A DNA stretch of 64,000 nucleotides, taken from the NCBI GenBank assembly GCA_964016885.1, contig OZ024751.1, positions 1,116,001 through 1,180,000 on the forward strand. The letters run 5' to 3'. The translations under genes were made by a program, and so were the position numbers. Source of the DNA: Eledone cirrhosa (lineage: Eukaryota). This document shows positions 14,201-28,500 of this stretch, piece after piece; position 1 is the stretch's first letter, and the number at the start of each line of letters is the position of its first letter. The notes beneath the pieces are model-generated. The model did not search any database, was not told the origin of the DNA, and saw only the letters and a list, made by a program, of their open reading frames with translations.

Positions 14201-17200
14201 CCACATCTGGTCAACTTCACCTTGCTACCCCACATCTGGTCAACTTCACCTTGCTGCCCCACATCTAGTCAACTTCATCTTGCTGCCCCACATCTGGTCA
14301 ACTTCACCTTGCTGCCCCACATCTGGTCAACTTCATCTTGCTGCCCCACATCTAGTCAACTTCACCTTGCTGCCCCACATCTGGTCAACTTCACCTTATT
14401 GAAAACACCTTACTTCATGTTATCCCAATCCACTCAGCTAGCACAAATGACTTGTACCTGTAATTCAAATGGCCAACCTTATTAAACACTTTGTGACTTT
14501 GAATCTCCCTGAGAACTACGTTAAGGTACCTATAGAATGCTCAGCCACCCACACTATAAAGTAATATGGACATTGGTATCCTCAATAAGAAACATAAGAA
14601 AAAAAATTGTGTAAAAATGCTTCATTCTTTCATTTTCTTCTAGGGCGACCTACAGATCACTGGTATCAATAAAACCAAATTGTATCTTCTTTCAGTGATT
14701 GACAAAAGTACACAGTATATTATTAAAAAGGTTAGTTTCTTCAACTATCATTTGTATTACTAAATAGAGCAGATGTTCTCAAAGTCGGCGCTACCACCTC
14801 CTGGAGCGGGAGGGGGGGGGGGCTTGAGAAAGTCCTGGGGCCTAAGAGGGCAGGTGTGTGTGTATGTAGGGTGGTGGTGGTGGTGGTAGAGCTGATATAA
14901 TATTATATTAAATATCAAATGATACATACATACATATATATAAATATAGTAAAATAAAAAATATAAAATATTTATTTATACATAGTATATATTATATTTA
15001 TTATATATCAATTGATGATTTTATTTATTATATATTATTTACAATTTGCATGTAGGTAGGTCTCTCTGGAAATAGGGTTTGAGAACCTCTGAAATAGAGG
15101 ATGAGAGGTGAATTGGCAGTATCGGTAGAGCGTCGAAAAAACATGCTTTAAGGTATATAGTTATGTTCCCTTTATGTTCTGAGTTCAAATCCTGCTGAGG
15201 TTAGCTTTGCTTTTCATCCTTACGGGGGCGATAAAATAAAGTACCAGTAACGTACTGGGGTTGATTTAATCGATTACCCCTTCCATTTAAATTATTCCAA
15301 ATGTAGAAACAATTATTAAATAGAGGGCAGGGTAGTGGATTAGCAGGAACGTCAGACATAGGTTCTAGGTTCAAAACCCACAGAGGTCAACTTTGCCTTT
15401 GATCCTTCCTGAGGTCGATAAAATACCAGTTAAACACCAGGGTCGATGTAATTGGTCTATTCCCCCCACCAAAGTCCAAACTTGTATCTAAATTAGAAAG
15501 CATTTATTCTTTTACTAGTTTAAGTCATTAGACTATGCTGTCACAACACCTTCAAGGGACTTAGTCAATCATATCTATCCCCTGTACTTCAGCCATGCTG
15601 GTAACAACACCTTAAAGGAAATTAGTCAATCATATCTATCCTCTGTACTTCAGCCATGCTGGTAACAACACCTTAAAGGAAATTAGTCAATCATATCTAT
15701 CCTCTGTACTTCAGCCATGCTGGTAACAACACCTTAAAGGAAATTAGTCAATCATATCTATCCCCTGTACTTCAGCCATGCTGGTAACAACACCTTAAAG
15801 GAAATTAGTCAATCATATCTATCCTCTGTACTTCAGCCATGCTGGTAACAACACCTTAAAGGAAATTAGTCAATCATATCTATCCTCTGTACTTCAGCCA
15901 TGCTGGTAACAACACCTTAAAGGAAATTAGTCAATCATATCTATCCCCTGTACTTCAGCCATGCTGGTAACAACACCTTAAAGGAAATTAGTCAATCATA
16001 TCTATCCCCTGTACTTCAGCCATGCTGGTAACAACACCTTAAAGGAAATTAGTCAATCATATCTATCCCCTGTACTTCAGCCATGCTGGTAACAACACCT
16101 TAAAGGAAATTAGTCAATCATATCTATCCCCTGTACTTCAGCCATGCTGGTAACAACACCTTAAAGGAAATTAGTCAATCATATCTATCCCCTGTACTTC
16201 AGACATGCTGGTAACAACACCTTAAAGGAAATTAGTCAATCATATCTATCCTCTGTACTTCAGCCATGCTGGTAACAACACCTTAAAGGAAATTAGTCAA
16301 TCATATCTATCCCCTGTACTTCAGCCATGCTGGTAACAACACCTTAAAGGAAATTAGTCAATCATATCTATCCTCTGTACTTCAGCCATGCTGGTAACAA
16401 CACCTTAAAGGAAATTAGTCAATCATATCTATCCTCTGTACTTCAGCCATGCTGGTAACAACACCTTAAAGGAAATTAGTCAATCATATCTATCCTCTGT
16501 ACTTCAGCCATGCTGGTAACAACACCTTAAAGGAAATTAGTCAATCATATCTATCCTCTGTACTTCAGCCATGCTGGTAACAACACCTTAAAGGAAATTA
16601 GTCAATCATATCTATCCTCTGTACTTCTGCTATGCTGGTAACAACACCTTAAAGGAAATTAGTCAATCATATCTATCCTCTGTACTTCAGCCATGCTGGT
16701 AACAACACCTTAAAGGAAATTAGTCAATCATATCTATCCTCTGTACTTCAGCCATGCTGGTAACAACACCTTAAAGGAAATTAGTCAATCATATCTATCC
16801 CCTGTACTTCAGCCATGCTGGTAACAACACCTTAAAGGAAATTAGTCAATCATATCTATCCCCTGTACTTCAGCCATGCTGGTAACAACACCTTAAAGGA
16901 AATTAGTCAATCATATCTATCCCCTGTACTTCAGACATGCTGGTATCAACACCTTAAAGGAAATTAGTCAATCATATCTATCCCCTGTACTTCAGCCATG
17001 CTGGTAACAACACCTTAAAGGAAATTAGTCAATCATATCCATCCCCTGTACTTCAGCTATGCTGGCAACAACACCTTAAAGGAAATTAGTCAATCATATC
17101 CATCCCCTGTACTTCAGCTATGCTGGCAACAACACCTTAAAGGAAATTAGTCAATCATATCTATCCCCTGTACTTCAGCCATGCTGGTAACAACACCTTA

Positions 17201-20200
17201 AAGGAAATTAGTCAATCATATCCATCCCCTGTACTTCAGCTATGCTGGCAACAACACCTTAAAGGAAATTAGTCAATCATATCTATCCCCTGTACTTCAG
17301 CCATGCTGGTAACAACACCTTAAAGGAAATTAGTCAATCATATCTATCCCCTGTACTTCAGCTATGCTGGCAACAACACCTTAAAGGAAATTAGTCAATC
17401 ATATCTATCCCCTGTACATCAGACATGCTGGCAACAACACCTTTAAGGGATTAGTCAATCACATCTATCCCCTGTACTTCAGCCATGCTGGCAACAACAC
17501 CTTCAAGGGACTTAGTCAATCATATCCATCCCCTGTACTTCAGCCATGCTGGCAACAACACCTTTAAGGGATTAGTCAATCATATCTATCCCCTGTATTT
17601 CAGCCATGCTGGCAACAACACCTTCAAGGGACTTAGTCAATCATATCTATCCCCTGTACTTCAGCCATGCTGGCAACAACACCTTTAAGGGATTAGTCAA
17701 TCATATCCATCCCCTGTACTTCAGCTATGCTGGCAACAACACCTTCAAGGGACTTAGTCAATCATATCCATCCCCTGTACTTCTGCTATGCTGGCAACAA
17801 CACCTTCAAGGGACTTAGTCAATCATATCTATCCCCTGTACTTCAGCCATGCTGGCAACAACACCTTTAAGGGATTAGTCAATCATATCCATCCCCTGTA
17901 CTTCAGCTATGCTGGCAACAACACCTTCAAGGGACTTAGTCAATCATATCCATCCCCTGTACTTCAGCTATGCTGGCAACAACACCATCAAGGGACTTAG
18001 TCAATCATATCTATCCCCTGTACTTCAGCTATACTGGAAACAACAACTTCAAGGGACTTAGTCAAGCATATATATCCCCTGTACTTCAGCCATGCTGGCA
18101 ACAACACCATCAAGGGACTTAGTCAATCATATCTATCCCTGTACTTCAGCCATGCTGGCAACAACACCTTCAAGGGACTTAGTCAAGCATATATATCCCC
18201 TGTACTTCAGCCATGCTGGCAACAACACCTTCAAGGGACTTAGTCAATCACATCTATCCCCTGTACTTCAGCCATGCTGGCAACAACAACTTCAAGGGAC
18301 TTAGTCAATCACATCTATCCCCTGTACTTCAGCCATGCTGGCAACAACACCTTCAAGGGACTTAGTCAATCATATCCAGCCCCTGTACTTCTGCTATGCT
18401 GGCAACAACACCTTCAAGGGATTAGTCAATCATATCTATCCCCTGTATTTCAGCCATGCTGGCAACAACACCTTCAAGGGACTTAGTCAAGCATATATAT
18501 CCCCTGTACTTCAGCTATACTGGCAACAACACCATCAAGGGACTTAGTCAATCATATCTATCCCCTGTACTTCAGCTATGCTGGCAACAACATCTTCAAG
18601 GGACTTAGTCAATCATATCTATCCCCTGTACTTCAGCCATGCTGGCAACAACACCATCAAGGGACTTAGTCAATCATATCTATCCCTGTACTTCAGCCAT
18701 GCTGGCAACAACACCTTCAAGGGACTTAGTCAAGCATATATATCCCCTGTACTTCAGCTATACTGGCAACAACACCATCAAGGGACTTAGTCAATCCTAT
18801 CTATCCCCTGTACTTCAGCCATGCTGGCAACAACACCTTCAAGGGACTTAGTCAAGCATATATATCCCCTGTACTTCAGCCATGCTGGCAACAACACCAT
18901 CAAGGGACTTAGTCAATCATATCTATCCCTGTACTTCAGCCATGCTGGCAACAACACCATCAAGGGACTTAGTCAATCATATCTATCCCCTGTACTTCAG
19001 ACATGCTGGCAACAACACCTTCAAGGGACTTAGTCAAGCATATCCCCTGGAGTTATTTTATTAATTTCTGTTCGTCAGACACAAACAAACAGTAAACCTA
19101 AATTCGAAATGGTAATTTTTGTTAGCTATTTCCTGAGAAGTAGAAATACTACATCCATAAAAGCTAAAGACCCCTTCAGTCGCGAATGACCATGGGATTT
19201 ACACGTAGAAATTTCCCCACTAGTCTGGGCAAGGTTGTTTGTGGAAGACCAGCAGTTTCCCCTCTCCATACCACCGAAGTTATCCAAGGGAAAGGCAATG
19301 GCCAATACAACTTGGCACCAGTGACATCACAATTCATTTCTTCAACTGAGTAAACTGGAGCAACGTGAAAGAAAGTGTCTTGCTCAAGAACACAACACAA
19401 AGCCTGGTCCGAGAATCGAACTCACAACCTTGTGATTGTAAGCCTGATGCTCTAACCACTAAGTTATGTGCCTTCATGTATACACATAAGCTACTAAAGT
19501 TTTTGATAGCAAGCTGTCTGAAACCACACCTGCTTCTATGATACTAAGCTATTTTAAAGGGTTTATATCTAAATTTAAACCTTTCATCATAATTTTATGT
19601 AAAAATCTTTCTTAAGTTATGTTCCAAACACCATCTCAGTAATGAAAAAGTTAGTTATATTAGTAAATCCTTCTATAATCCTGATTAATTTAAAAATCAT
19701 TTGAAAATTATAGGCCGTATCTTTCATGAGAAAGAAGGTAATGAAAAAGTGAAAGTGTTTATATATTTAGCCAAAAACGTTCCATCCCATCGCACCAGTC
19801 ACTGTTGATTCTTCAGGCGTACTTGGACCCCATACTGCCTCCACAAGATCAGAATGTCAGCAGCCCATCTGAGGAAGGAGCCCTGTTAGGTGGGGTGGCT
19901 GTTGCAGCGGGTGTCGCTGGCAATTGTCCGCGGGAAGGCTTTTGCAGTCTTGTCTGTGGGGCACAGCCCCATTACTACTGTACCCTCGGCCCATAGCACA
20001 ATCACCCTCACCCACCCATCACCCCATTCTTCTGTGACACTAGAGCCGTGGCCTTTCCATTCCTTTTCCATTTATTTAAAACCCTTTTTAAACTTACATC
20101 AGATGTTAATCAGAAAGTTAGTTATATTATTAAATCCTATAATCATGATTAATTTAAAAAATCATTTGAAAGTTATAGGCAGTGTTTGGTGTCCTTGGAC

Positions 20201-22196
20201 CTAGAGCTACCTCCATACTCACCACCATAGGCGCTGAGCTGGTTAGCACAAGTCTGAGCCTTGCGAGATGGAATGGCTCTTCTAGTACACCTCCCTCACC
20301 ATTCTCCAGGAAAATGCCTTCTCCATTGGGTCTGCAAGGCCTTGGGGCAACCAGCGTGTGGGACCCCATTTGCTCATAATAGTGAGATGGGGAGGGTGAG
20401 AGAGATGGAGGCGATGACAGTGGGAGTTCGGCTCCCCTGTATTCGGACCTGGTGTATGCGTGTGTGTATGTTTGCTTCTATTCATTCGATATAGCAGTAA
20501 GATGTTCTCTTTTAGACTAAAATTATTCCAGTTAAGATAGTAATGAAAGAGGTACTAAGAAGTTCTTTCTTAATCTTATTCAAATATCTAATTAGTATCT
20601 GTTTTATTCAAAAAAGGTTTCAACTTCTAACAATTGGGAGACATTGAATATGAGCAGATTCAGCGAACATTTGGAAATAATTCATTCAAACAAGACCGTA
20701 CTACTGAAAGGGAAAAATAAGGTGAGTGTTGAGTAGAAACTACAGCCTTAGTCTGTGTGTGTGTATATGGATGTCGATGTGTGTATGTGTGTGTGTGTGT
20801 ATATGTGTGTGTGTATGTGTGTGTATGTGTGTGTGTATGTGGATGTGTGTCTATGTGGATGTCGATGTGTGTGTATGTGTTTGTGTGTGTGTATGTGTGT
20901 GTATCAGGATGCGTGTTTATGTGTGTGTGTATGTGTGCATGTGAGGGTTTGTGTATATGTGTGTGTTCTAGTTCTTTTCACAACGGAACAATTTGCTCAT
21001 GAAATTAATATGCAAGTGGCTGAGCATTCCACCGCCAAGTGTACTCTAAGCATAGTTCTGAGGGAGATTCGCCATGATACAGTATGTATGTATGTATGTA
21101 TGTATGTATGTATGTATGTATGTATGTATGTATGAGAGAGTGGGATTGGCTCAGTGCACAGTCTTTCCTCACTTTAAAAAATATCTTCACGCACAGGCAT
21201 TGCACGATAGAATTAATTAATAATTATTAATAATGGTATATCGTGCAATGGCCATACTGAAACGAGGAGGCAGCCATCATGTATATATGTATGTTCTTCT
21301 GGTTTTATAATTTCACAAATTTTTACCAATAGAGTCGGTTTCTAACATAGACACAAGACTCTCTCATTGGAATTTACACAACGTCAACTAGGTAGAGATG
21401 TATGTATGCATGCATGTGTAGATATGGATGTTATTGTATGTGTGGATGTGTATGTTTTAAGTTGTATGAGTGCATATGCTTTGTATCTGTACAAGTGTAT
21501 ATGTAGTTATTTTTGGAATGTTTTACATATTTTTACTGTTCCATTAATGGATTGTTATAGTAATTTCCTAACTAGTTGTGTTCTATCTGTTTCTGTGAAG
21601 CCCAGCTTCTCAAGATTTGTATCGAGGCAGTTACTAACATAGCCCAGTGCCCTAATAATCACAGGCATAAATCTGAAGGTATAGTCATATATATACAGAA
21701 TAAGAAGAACAAAAGAGTCAATATACTATCAAACTAACACGTTTCAACTGATAAAGATTCATCCCGAAGATGCAAGATTATAAGATCAGAAATTTTATAA
21801 TATTCTTAAGAAAAAAAATTTATATCTAAATTTCCTTATGTTTTTATACATTGACTAGTAGAAAATGTTTTACAAAACAAACACTTAAATTATCAATCAA
21901 TGACATTTCTTTTTTTTTCCATTTCATATCTTCTTCCAGGTGTACAATTTTACTGAACCTTGGGACTTATGTATTCATTTAAGGTGAGAACAGTACTGCT
22001 GTCTTTTTTCGTTGAGTTTATTCAGTTTAAATTGCTGGAGAAAATTCCAGGCAGTTGACGGTCTGTGGAGGCAAGACTGGGCATAGTGGTTTGTGTGGGG
22101 TATGGGGATTTGTACACAATAGGCGTGATGAGGGGGAGAAGAGATGAGTGACTCAGGAGGTGGTATGAGGTCAGTCATTTCCGAGGAGTGGAAGCC

Positions 22197-22238
<42 letters not shown>

Positions 22239-22529
22239 AGAGAGAGAGAGAGAGAGTGAGAGGAAGTGGTAGTTCCACAACACCATTTTGGATCATCAGC
22301 TCAGTTTAAACCGAGCTGATGATCCTTTGAGGTGAAACAAATTGTTCTCAGAAATGGTGTACGAATTGTTGTGGAACTGCTTCTACCAAAATCATCCCAT
22401 GGACTGAGTGCTCTGCTACTGCTGATGTAACCCACCAGTGTTCTGCTACTATATATATATATGAAAAGATTCAGGACACCGATAGCTGAGCTCCAGCCGT
22501 TTTGACAGCTGGTTCTTAACCACACCCTA

Positions 22530-22565
<36 letters not shown>

Positions 22566-25500
22566 GGTAAAGACCCCTATTGGTCATGAGTAACCATGGG
22601 ATTTGCACCTAAAAAGTTGCCCTCCGAGGCACAAGTACAGAAGTTTGTGGAAGACCATACAGAAGATGTATACTTAAAACCGTTTCTCTTCTTTATAATA
22701 TTGACACTCCGTTTGATACTTTGGTGGGATTTAATAAAAAAAAAAGAACCAAAGAGGTGTAACTAAACATTGCAAGATGTTTAATACTCCCCACCTTCTA
22801 TTGATTCTGTCTACTCAGAGTCCTTTAATTAAAACATCTTCGCCCACTTATTCCTGCGAGGGTTGTGGGGGCAGAGTCCTCCAACACTTCTTCCAGTGGG
22901 TCCTGTCAGAAACAACCATCTCCAACTGATCCGGTTGGATCCCCAAGCATCACCAGCCAAGCTCATGGATGTTATCCAACCATCTTGCTCGGGGTTTACC
23001 CCTAAGTCTCCTGTCAGTTGGTTTTACCCATAAAATCGGAGCTGTGATCTCTCAATTCGGAGAAGTAGCGGCTCTACCTGGAGTGACTCTCTCATCTCCG
23101 AGCTACAAATCTGTCCAGTGATTCTTTTCTGAGACATTCTAACACATTAACTATTAATTGCTCATTTCAATTTTGTTATTTCTAGTTCTCAACCTTGGTA
23201 TCAATGTTCAGAGGATAAGGTGAGTAAACAAATCCAACGAATTAGTCGATTTTGACGAAGACTAACCTAGTTGTTTTGTCGTAGGAACAACATGCTCGTT
23301 AAATTAATGTGTTGGTTGGGTATTTTCTAAGGGAGATCCAGTGTGTCCCATGACTGGCTCTTTGAGTTACAGGTACAATCCATCTTGTGTTATAGTGTAT
23401 GTGATTGAGAATTCCACAAACACGGGTATCGTTAACGTAATTCTCAGGGAGTTTCAACGTGACACAATATGTGACAAGGCTGGCTCTTTGAATTACATAT
23501 ATACGACAGCCTTCCAAATAGTTTTCCTCTACTCAACAGACCCAAGATGCCACGGTGTGGGATTGAACCCGACACTTCATAATTGTAAAGTGACCTTCAT
23601 ATCTATAAGGCCATGCTGTGGCTATATGTAAAGTGATCTCAGCTATAACGCCATGCTGTGGCTATATTCTACCAACACCACCACCCCAACCACCACCACA
23701 ACCACAACCACCACCACCACCACATTCATCACAATCCTCCACTACCACCTCCACCTCCACCATCACCACCACTACTACCACCACCACTATCATTACTACC
23801 ATCACCACCATGCATTCTCCCACACTCTCCGGGTCGTATCTTTCTAGGTGGTGCTGGTATAGTTTGTTGACATCTATATTTTTATCAACAATAATTTCAA
23901 AGATGACATCATGAAACCGATTAGCACTTCTCAGAATATTCATATTTGATAATTACTCAATATTTCAATAGGTAGTCCCAGCCAGTCGAAACTCTAGCAT
24001 TCTCAAAGGCCATGTGAAAACAGAAATTTCCAGTGAACTACTCCAATCCTCAGAGGAGGGAGACATTAAAACCGTCCTGTATTCTATGCGTAATAATAAT
24101 TCTACGCGTAAGTGTATCAAAACAACACCAATCAAGTAAGTGTGCTTCATCTTATGTACATTATTGTTTGTAAGGGCGGTGGATTGGCAGTATCGGTAGA
24201 GGGGTCGGACGCCATGCTTTGCAGCATAGAGTTACGGCCCTTTATAGCCTGAGTTCAAATCCCACTGAGGTTAACTTTGCCTTTCATCCTTATGGGGTCA
24301 ATAAAATAAAGTACCAGTAATGCACTGGGGTAATTGCTGGCCTTGTGCCACATGTAGAAACAATTATTTGTCATTTGTTGTTTAATATTATAGTAAAAGT
24401 GCATAGTTTACTGGTTAGAGCGTCAGGCTTACAATTACGAGGTTGTGAGTTCAATTCTTGGGCCAGGGTTTGCGCAAAACACTTTATTTCACGTTGCTCC
24501 AGTTCATTCAGCTGTAGAAATGAGTCTACCCAGCTATGGGTTAAATAGCCTCACCAACCCATAATTGGCCAAGCATGGTGAGTATGGCTACACCACTGAC
24601 ATGACCAAAGCCAAAACAGAAAACGGTGGAGGTCAATCCGGTAGGAGTGAAAAGGCCCTGGGTTAAATTGGTTTGATGTTAATACTATCTCTTACAACAT
24701 ATTCTACTTTATACCAATATCTACCAGTTTCTACCACTTTATATCGGTCTCTACCAGTTTCTACTACCTTTTATCGGTCTCTACCAGTTTCTACCACCTT
24801 TTATCGATCTCTACCAGTCTCTACTGACCTCTCAGTGAAAGTATAATTGAAATTGTCAAGATTAAACATTAATATGATATTTTGTAGGAATATGACCATT
24901 CAATGTTTGCTGCCATCTTGGCCAGAAGTGGAGAATATTACGTTTCTCATCCTTAAGAAAGGTATACTATTGAGAAGCAAGATATCCTACTTGAACAACC
25001 CCAAAATCTACAATATTTCTCCAACAGATTTTTCCAATTGGTAAGTCTTCTTCTTCTTCTTCTTCTTCTTCTTCTTCTTCTTCTTCTTCTTCTTCTTCTT
25101 CTTCTTCTTCTCCTCCTCCTCCTCCTCCTCCTCCTCCTTTGGAGGGTAGTGGGGGCAGAGTCCTTAAACACTCGTTCCAGTGGCTCCCATTAGAAGCAAC
25201 CTGGACAGATTTTATGCACAAAACCAACTGACAGTCAGATATCCAAGAGTAGACTCCGAGCAAGATGATTGGATACAATCGATGAGTCTGGCTAGTCTTG
25301 CTTGAGTAATTCAGCCGGATCAATTGGAGACAGTTGCAATGGACATAGCGTTATCTCATGTTCCTTTGACAATAAAATGAAATGATTTGAGTCCCAGTTT
25401 CAGTTGGCTCTGGTTGACCGTGCCTCCTAAAATGGGCTTCCTATCGAGGTAAAAGAGGGAAAGAGTACATGTGCAGGCTGAAGTTTATTAGATGAGTGGA

Positions 25501-28500
25501 ATGAGGATGTTGATTGTTGATTTCTCTAAATAACACTGTCCATAGCTCTTATATTAAATTGCTGTTGTCTCATTCCGACTTGATGAATATAGTTACCATG
25601 TCAAGGACAGCTCCATGGGTGATACACATGGGTGATACACCCATAACAGCCTGACCATCGCAAGTAAGTCTCCCTGTCCATGCCAGCAATGTTGTCCAAT
25701 GCTTGGCACCACTGACATCACTGCAACTTATTTATACACAATATATACATTATATAAACTATATATTATTATATATTCATTATACACACTGTATACAGTG
25801 ATACCTTGCAGTATGAGTTTAATTTGTTCCATGGCCGAGCTCATTTTACGATTTACTCGTTTTACAAATTAATTTCCCCCATTGAAATTAATCAAAATAT
25901 AAATAATCCGTTCCAGCCCCACAAACCACCCAAAAATCAGTTTTATCGATTTTAAAACAGAAAAGGTACAGTTATAAGATAATAGCAAAAAATGCACAGA
26001 ACTAAAAAAAAAAAACACTGGGAAAACACAATAGAGATACTGCCACAATGTGATAAACATGTGAACTTAGTGAGCGTGTGTGAGCTCAGCGCCGACTAGT
26101 GGTCGCTTATATGAAACTTGCTCGTACTGCAGATTTCCACTCAATTTCCACAAAAATTTACACAAGCCTTGGCTTGTAGAGCAAATTACTCATACAATGG
26201 GGAACTGTGAGGTTTTCCTATATATATACACTAATTGTACACTGCATATGATGTTTTTTCCAAGGAAAAGATGAAAGCCAATACAGCTTGGCACCAGTGA
26301 TGTGGCAAAATCAACAGGTAGGAAACCCAGGGGTAGACCCCCGATCAAGATGGTTGGATAACATCGATGGGCTTGGCTGGACACGCTTGGGGATCCAGCA
26401 GGATCAGTTGGAGGCAGTTGCTTCCAACATGACCCACTGGAGGGAGTGTTTGAGGACTCCTCTCCCACGACCCTCTCAGGAATAAGTAGGCAAAGAAGAA
26501 GAAGGAAGAGGAGGAGAAGAAGAAGAAGAAGAAGAAGAAGAAGAAGAAAAAGAAGAGTGGACTGGAGCAACATGAAATAAAGTGTTCTTGCTTAAGTACA
26601 CAACACACTGACTTTACGGTCTTGAGTTCCCCCCCACTACCATTGTCCAACTTCAGTCCTCATATACAGTTTCTCCACACCCTTTCCTGATACCGTAAAT
26701 AAGATATCTTAATTATTTTTTCAACAACTTATGTGGCCATGTCTTACAGTTAAACACTGTTGTTAATATCTTAAAGAAGGTATCTTAAAATTTAAACTGA
26801 TGCTAGCCATGTTCTACAGTTAGAAACCTGATCTTGGTACTGTAAGGAATCGGTATGGTGTCAGACAGCATGCTTAGTGGCATATAGTTACGGCCCTTTA
26901 CGTTCTGAGTTCAAATCCTGTTGAGGTTAGCTTTGCATTTCTTCCTTACAGGGTCGATAGAATAAAGCACCAGTAATGTACTGAGGTCTATTTAATTGAC
27001 CCCCCCCCCCAAATTGCTTGCCTTGTGCCTAAAGTAGAAACAACTATTAAATAAAGGGCAGGGTAGTAGATTAGCAGGATTGGTAGAGCATCGGACAATA
27101 TGCTTAACGGTGTTTAGTTACGACTTTCTACGTTCTGAGTTCAAAACCTGCAGAGGTCAACTTTGCCTTTGATTCTTCCTGGGGGTCGGTAAAGTACCAG
27201 TAACGCACTGGGGTTGACTTAATCCCCCCCCCCAAAAAAAAATGTTGGCTTTGTGCCTAAATCAGAAATCAGGTCCTAACACAAAGGAACCAAACTCCCA
27301 ATGTCGGCCCACGCGCTGGCCACACTGGAGTCCTGGTGGACAGAATAGAGAAGGCGTTTCCCCACAGGATGGTGAGGGAGATACGCTGGAAGAGCCATTC
27401 CAGTTCGAGAGGCTCACACCTGTGGGTAGCCAACTCCTTGCCGATGATGGTGATTAGGGAGGTGACCCTAGGGCCAAGAACACCAGAAGTCTCTGTAGAT
27501 GTATTGATAACAACATTATTTTCTATCATGTTTCAGCAACGAAACCCTGATCTTTACTGGCGAATACTTCAACAATGATTTATCCATATCAATAAAACCA
27601 GACGGGGTAAGATATTTTCTCATGATGATTGGTGTCTATATTTCATATTTTAATTCTTGATCAGAGAGTCACTCCAGGTAGAGTTGCTACTTCTCCGAAT
27701 GAGAGATTACAGCTCCGATACTATGGGCATGTGGTTAGAATGTCTCAGGAAAGAATCACTGGACAGATCTTACAGGCAAACCAACTGGCAGAAGACCTAG
27801 GGGTAGACCCCGAGCAAGATGGTTGGATAAAATCCATGAGTTTGGCTGGTTGGGCTTGGGGATCCAGCCAGATCAGTTGGAGATGGTTGCTGCTTACAGG
27901 ACCTGCTAGAAGAGGTGTTGGAGGACATCCCCCCACGTCATTCTCAGGAATAAGTGGGCGAGGAAGAAGAATTCCTGTTTAGCAACCAACATCAGACAAA
28001 CTGTTGGTGTAGAAATGGAAATATTGCATGGAAGAATGCCTTTTAAAAATTTTAATTGGAGGAGTCAAAAGTGCATCATTAATGTTTAGAGGTTGCTGCA
28101 GACTTCTGCACAAAACAAAGTAGTGTCATTACACCCTAGACATTGTGCCATTGTCCCAGAATATTGTGGAAGTAATGTGGTGGCTTTAAAATTTAGAGAC
28201 TATCACAAAGTCTACCGAGTCACACTATCTCAGTGTCTCACTTCCCCAGAATATTGTAGAAATAATGTCATGGCTTAAAAATTTGGAGGCTATCACATTG
28301 TCCAAATGTCCCACTCACTATAGAGACTGTCTCATTATAGAGGCTGTCACACTGTCCCACTCACCCTCTGCCTAACTGTATCATTATAGAGACTGTCCCA
28401 CTGTCCCCTGTCCCACAACCTCTCTACCTCACCATAGAGACTGTCCCACTGTCACACTGTCCCACTCTCCCATTGCCTGACTGCTTCAATGTCCCATTAT

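Noticed and set aside
15105-15200. tRNA genes at A/B-box motifs
   Set aside because: No cloverleaf; the motifs run into shared SINE bodies.
8438-19047. Regular arrays as CRISPR-like loci
   Set aside because: Units are contiguous with no unique spacers, there are no cas genes, and the context is a eukaryotic intron.
13152-19064. Many short ORFs in the 29-bp and 61-bp arrays
   Set aside because: Frame-rotating translations of tandem repeats.
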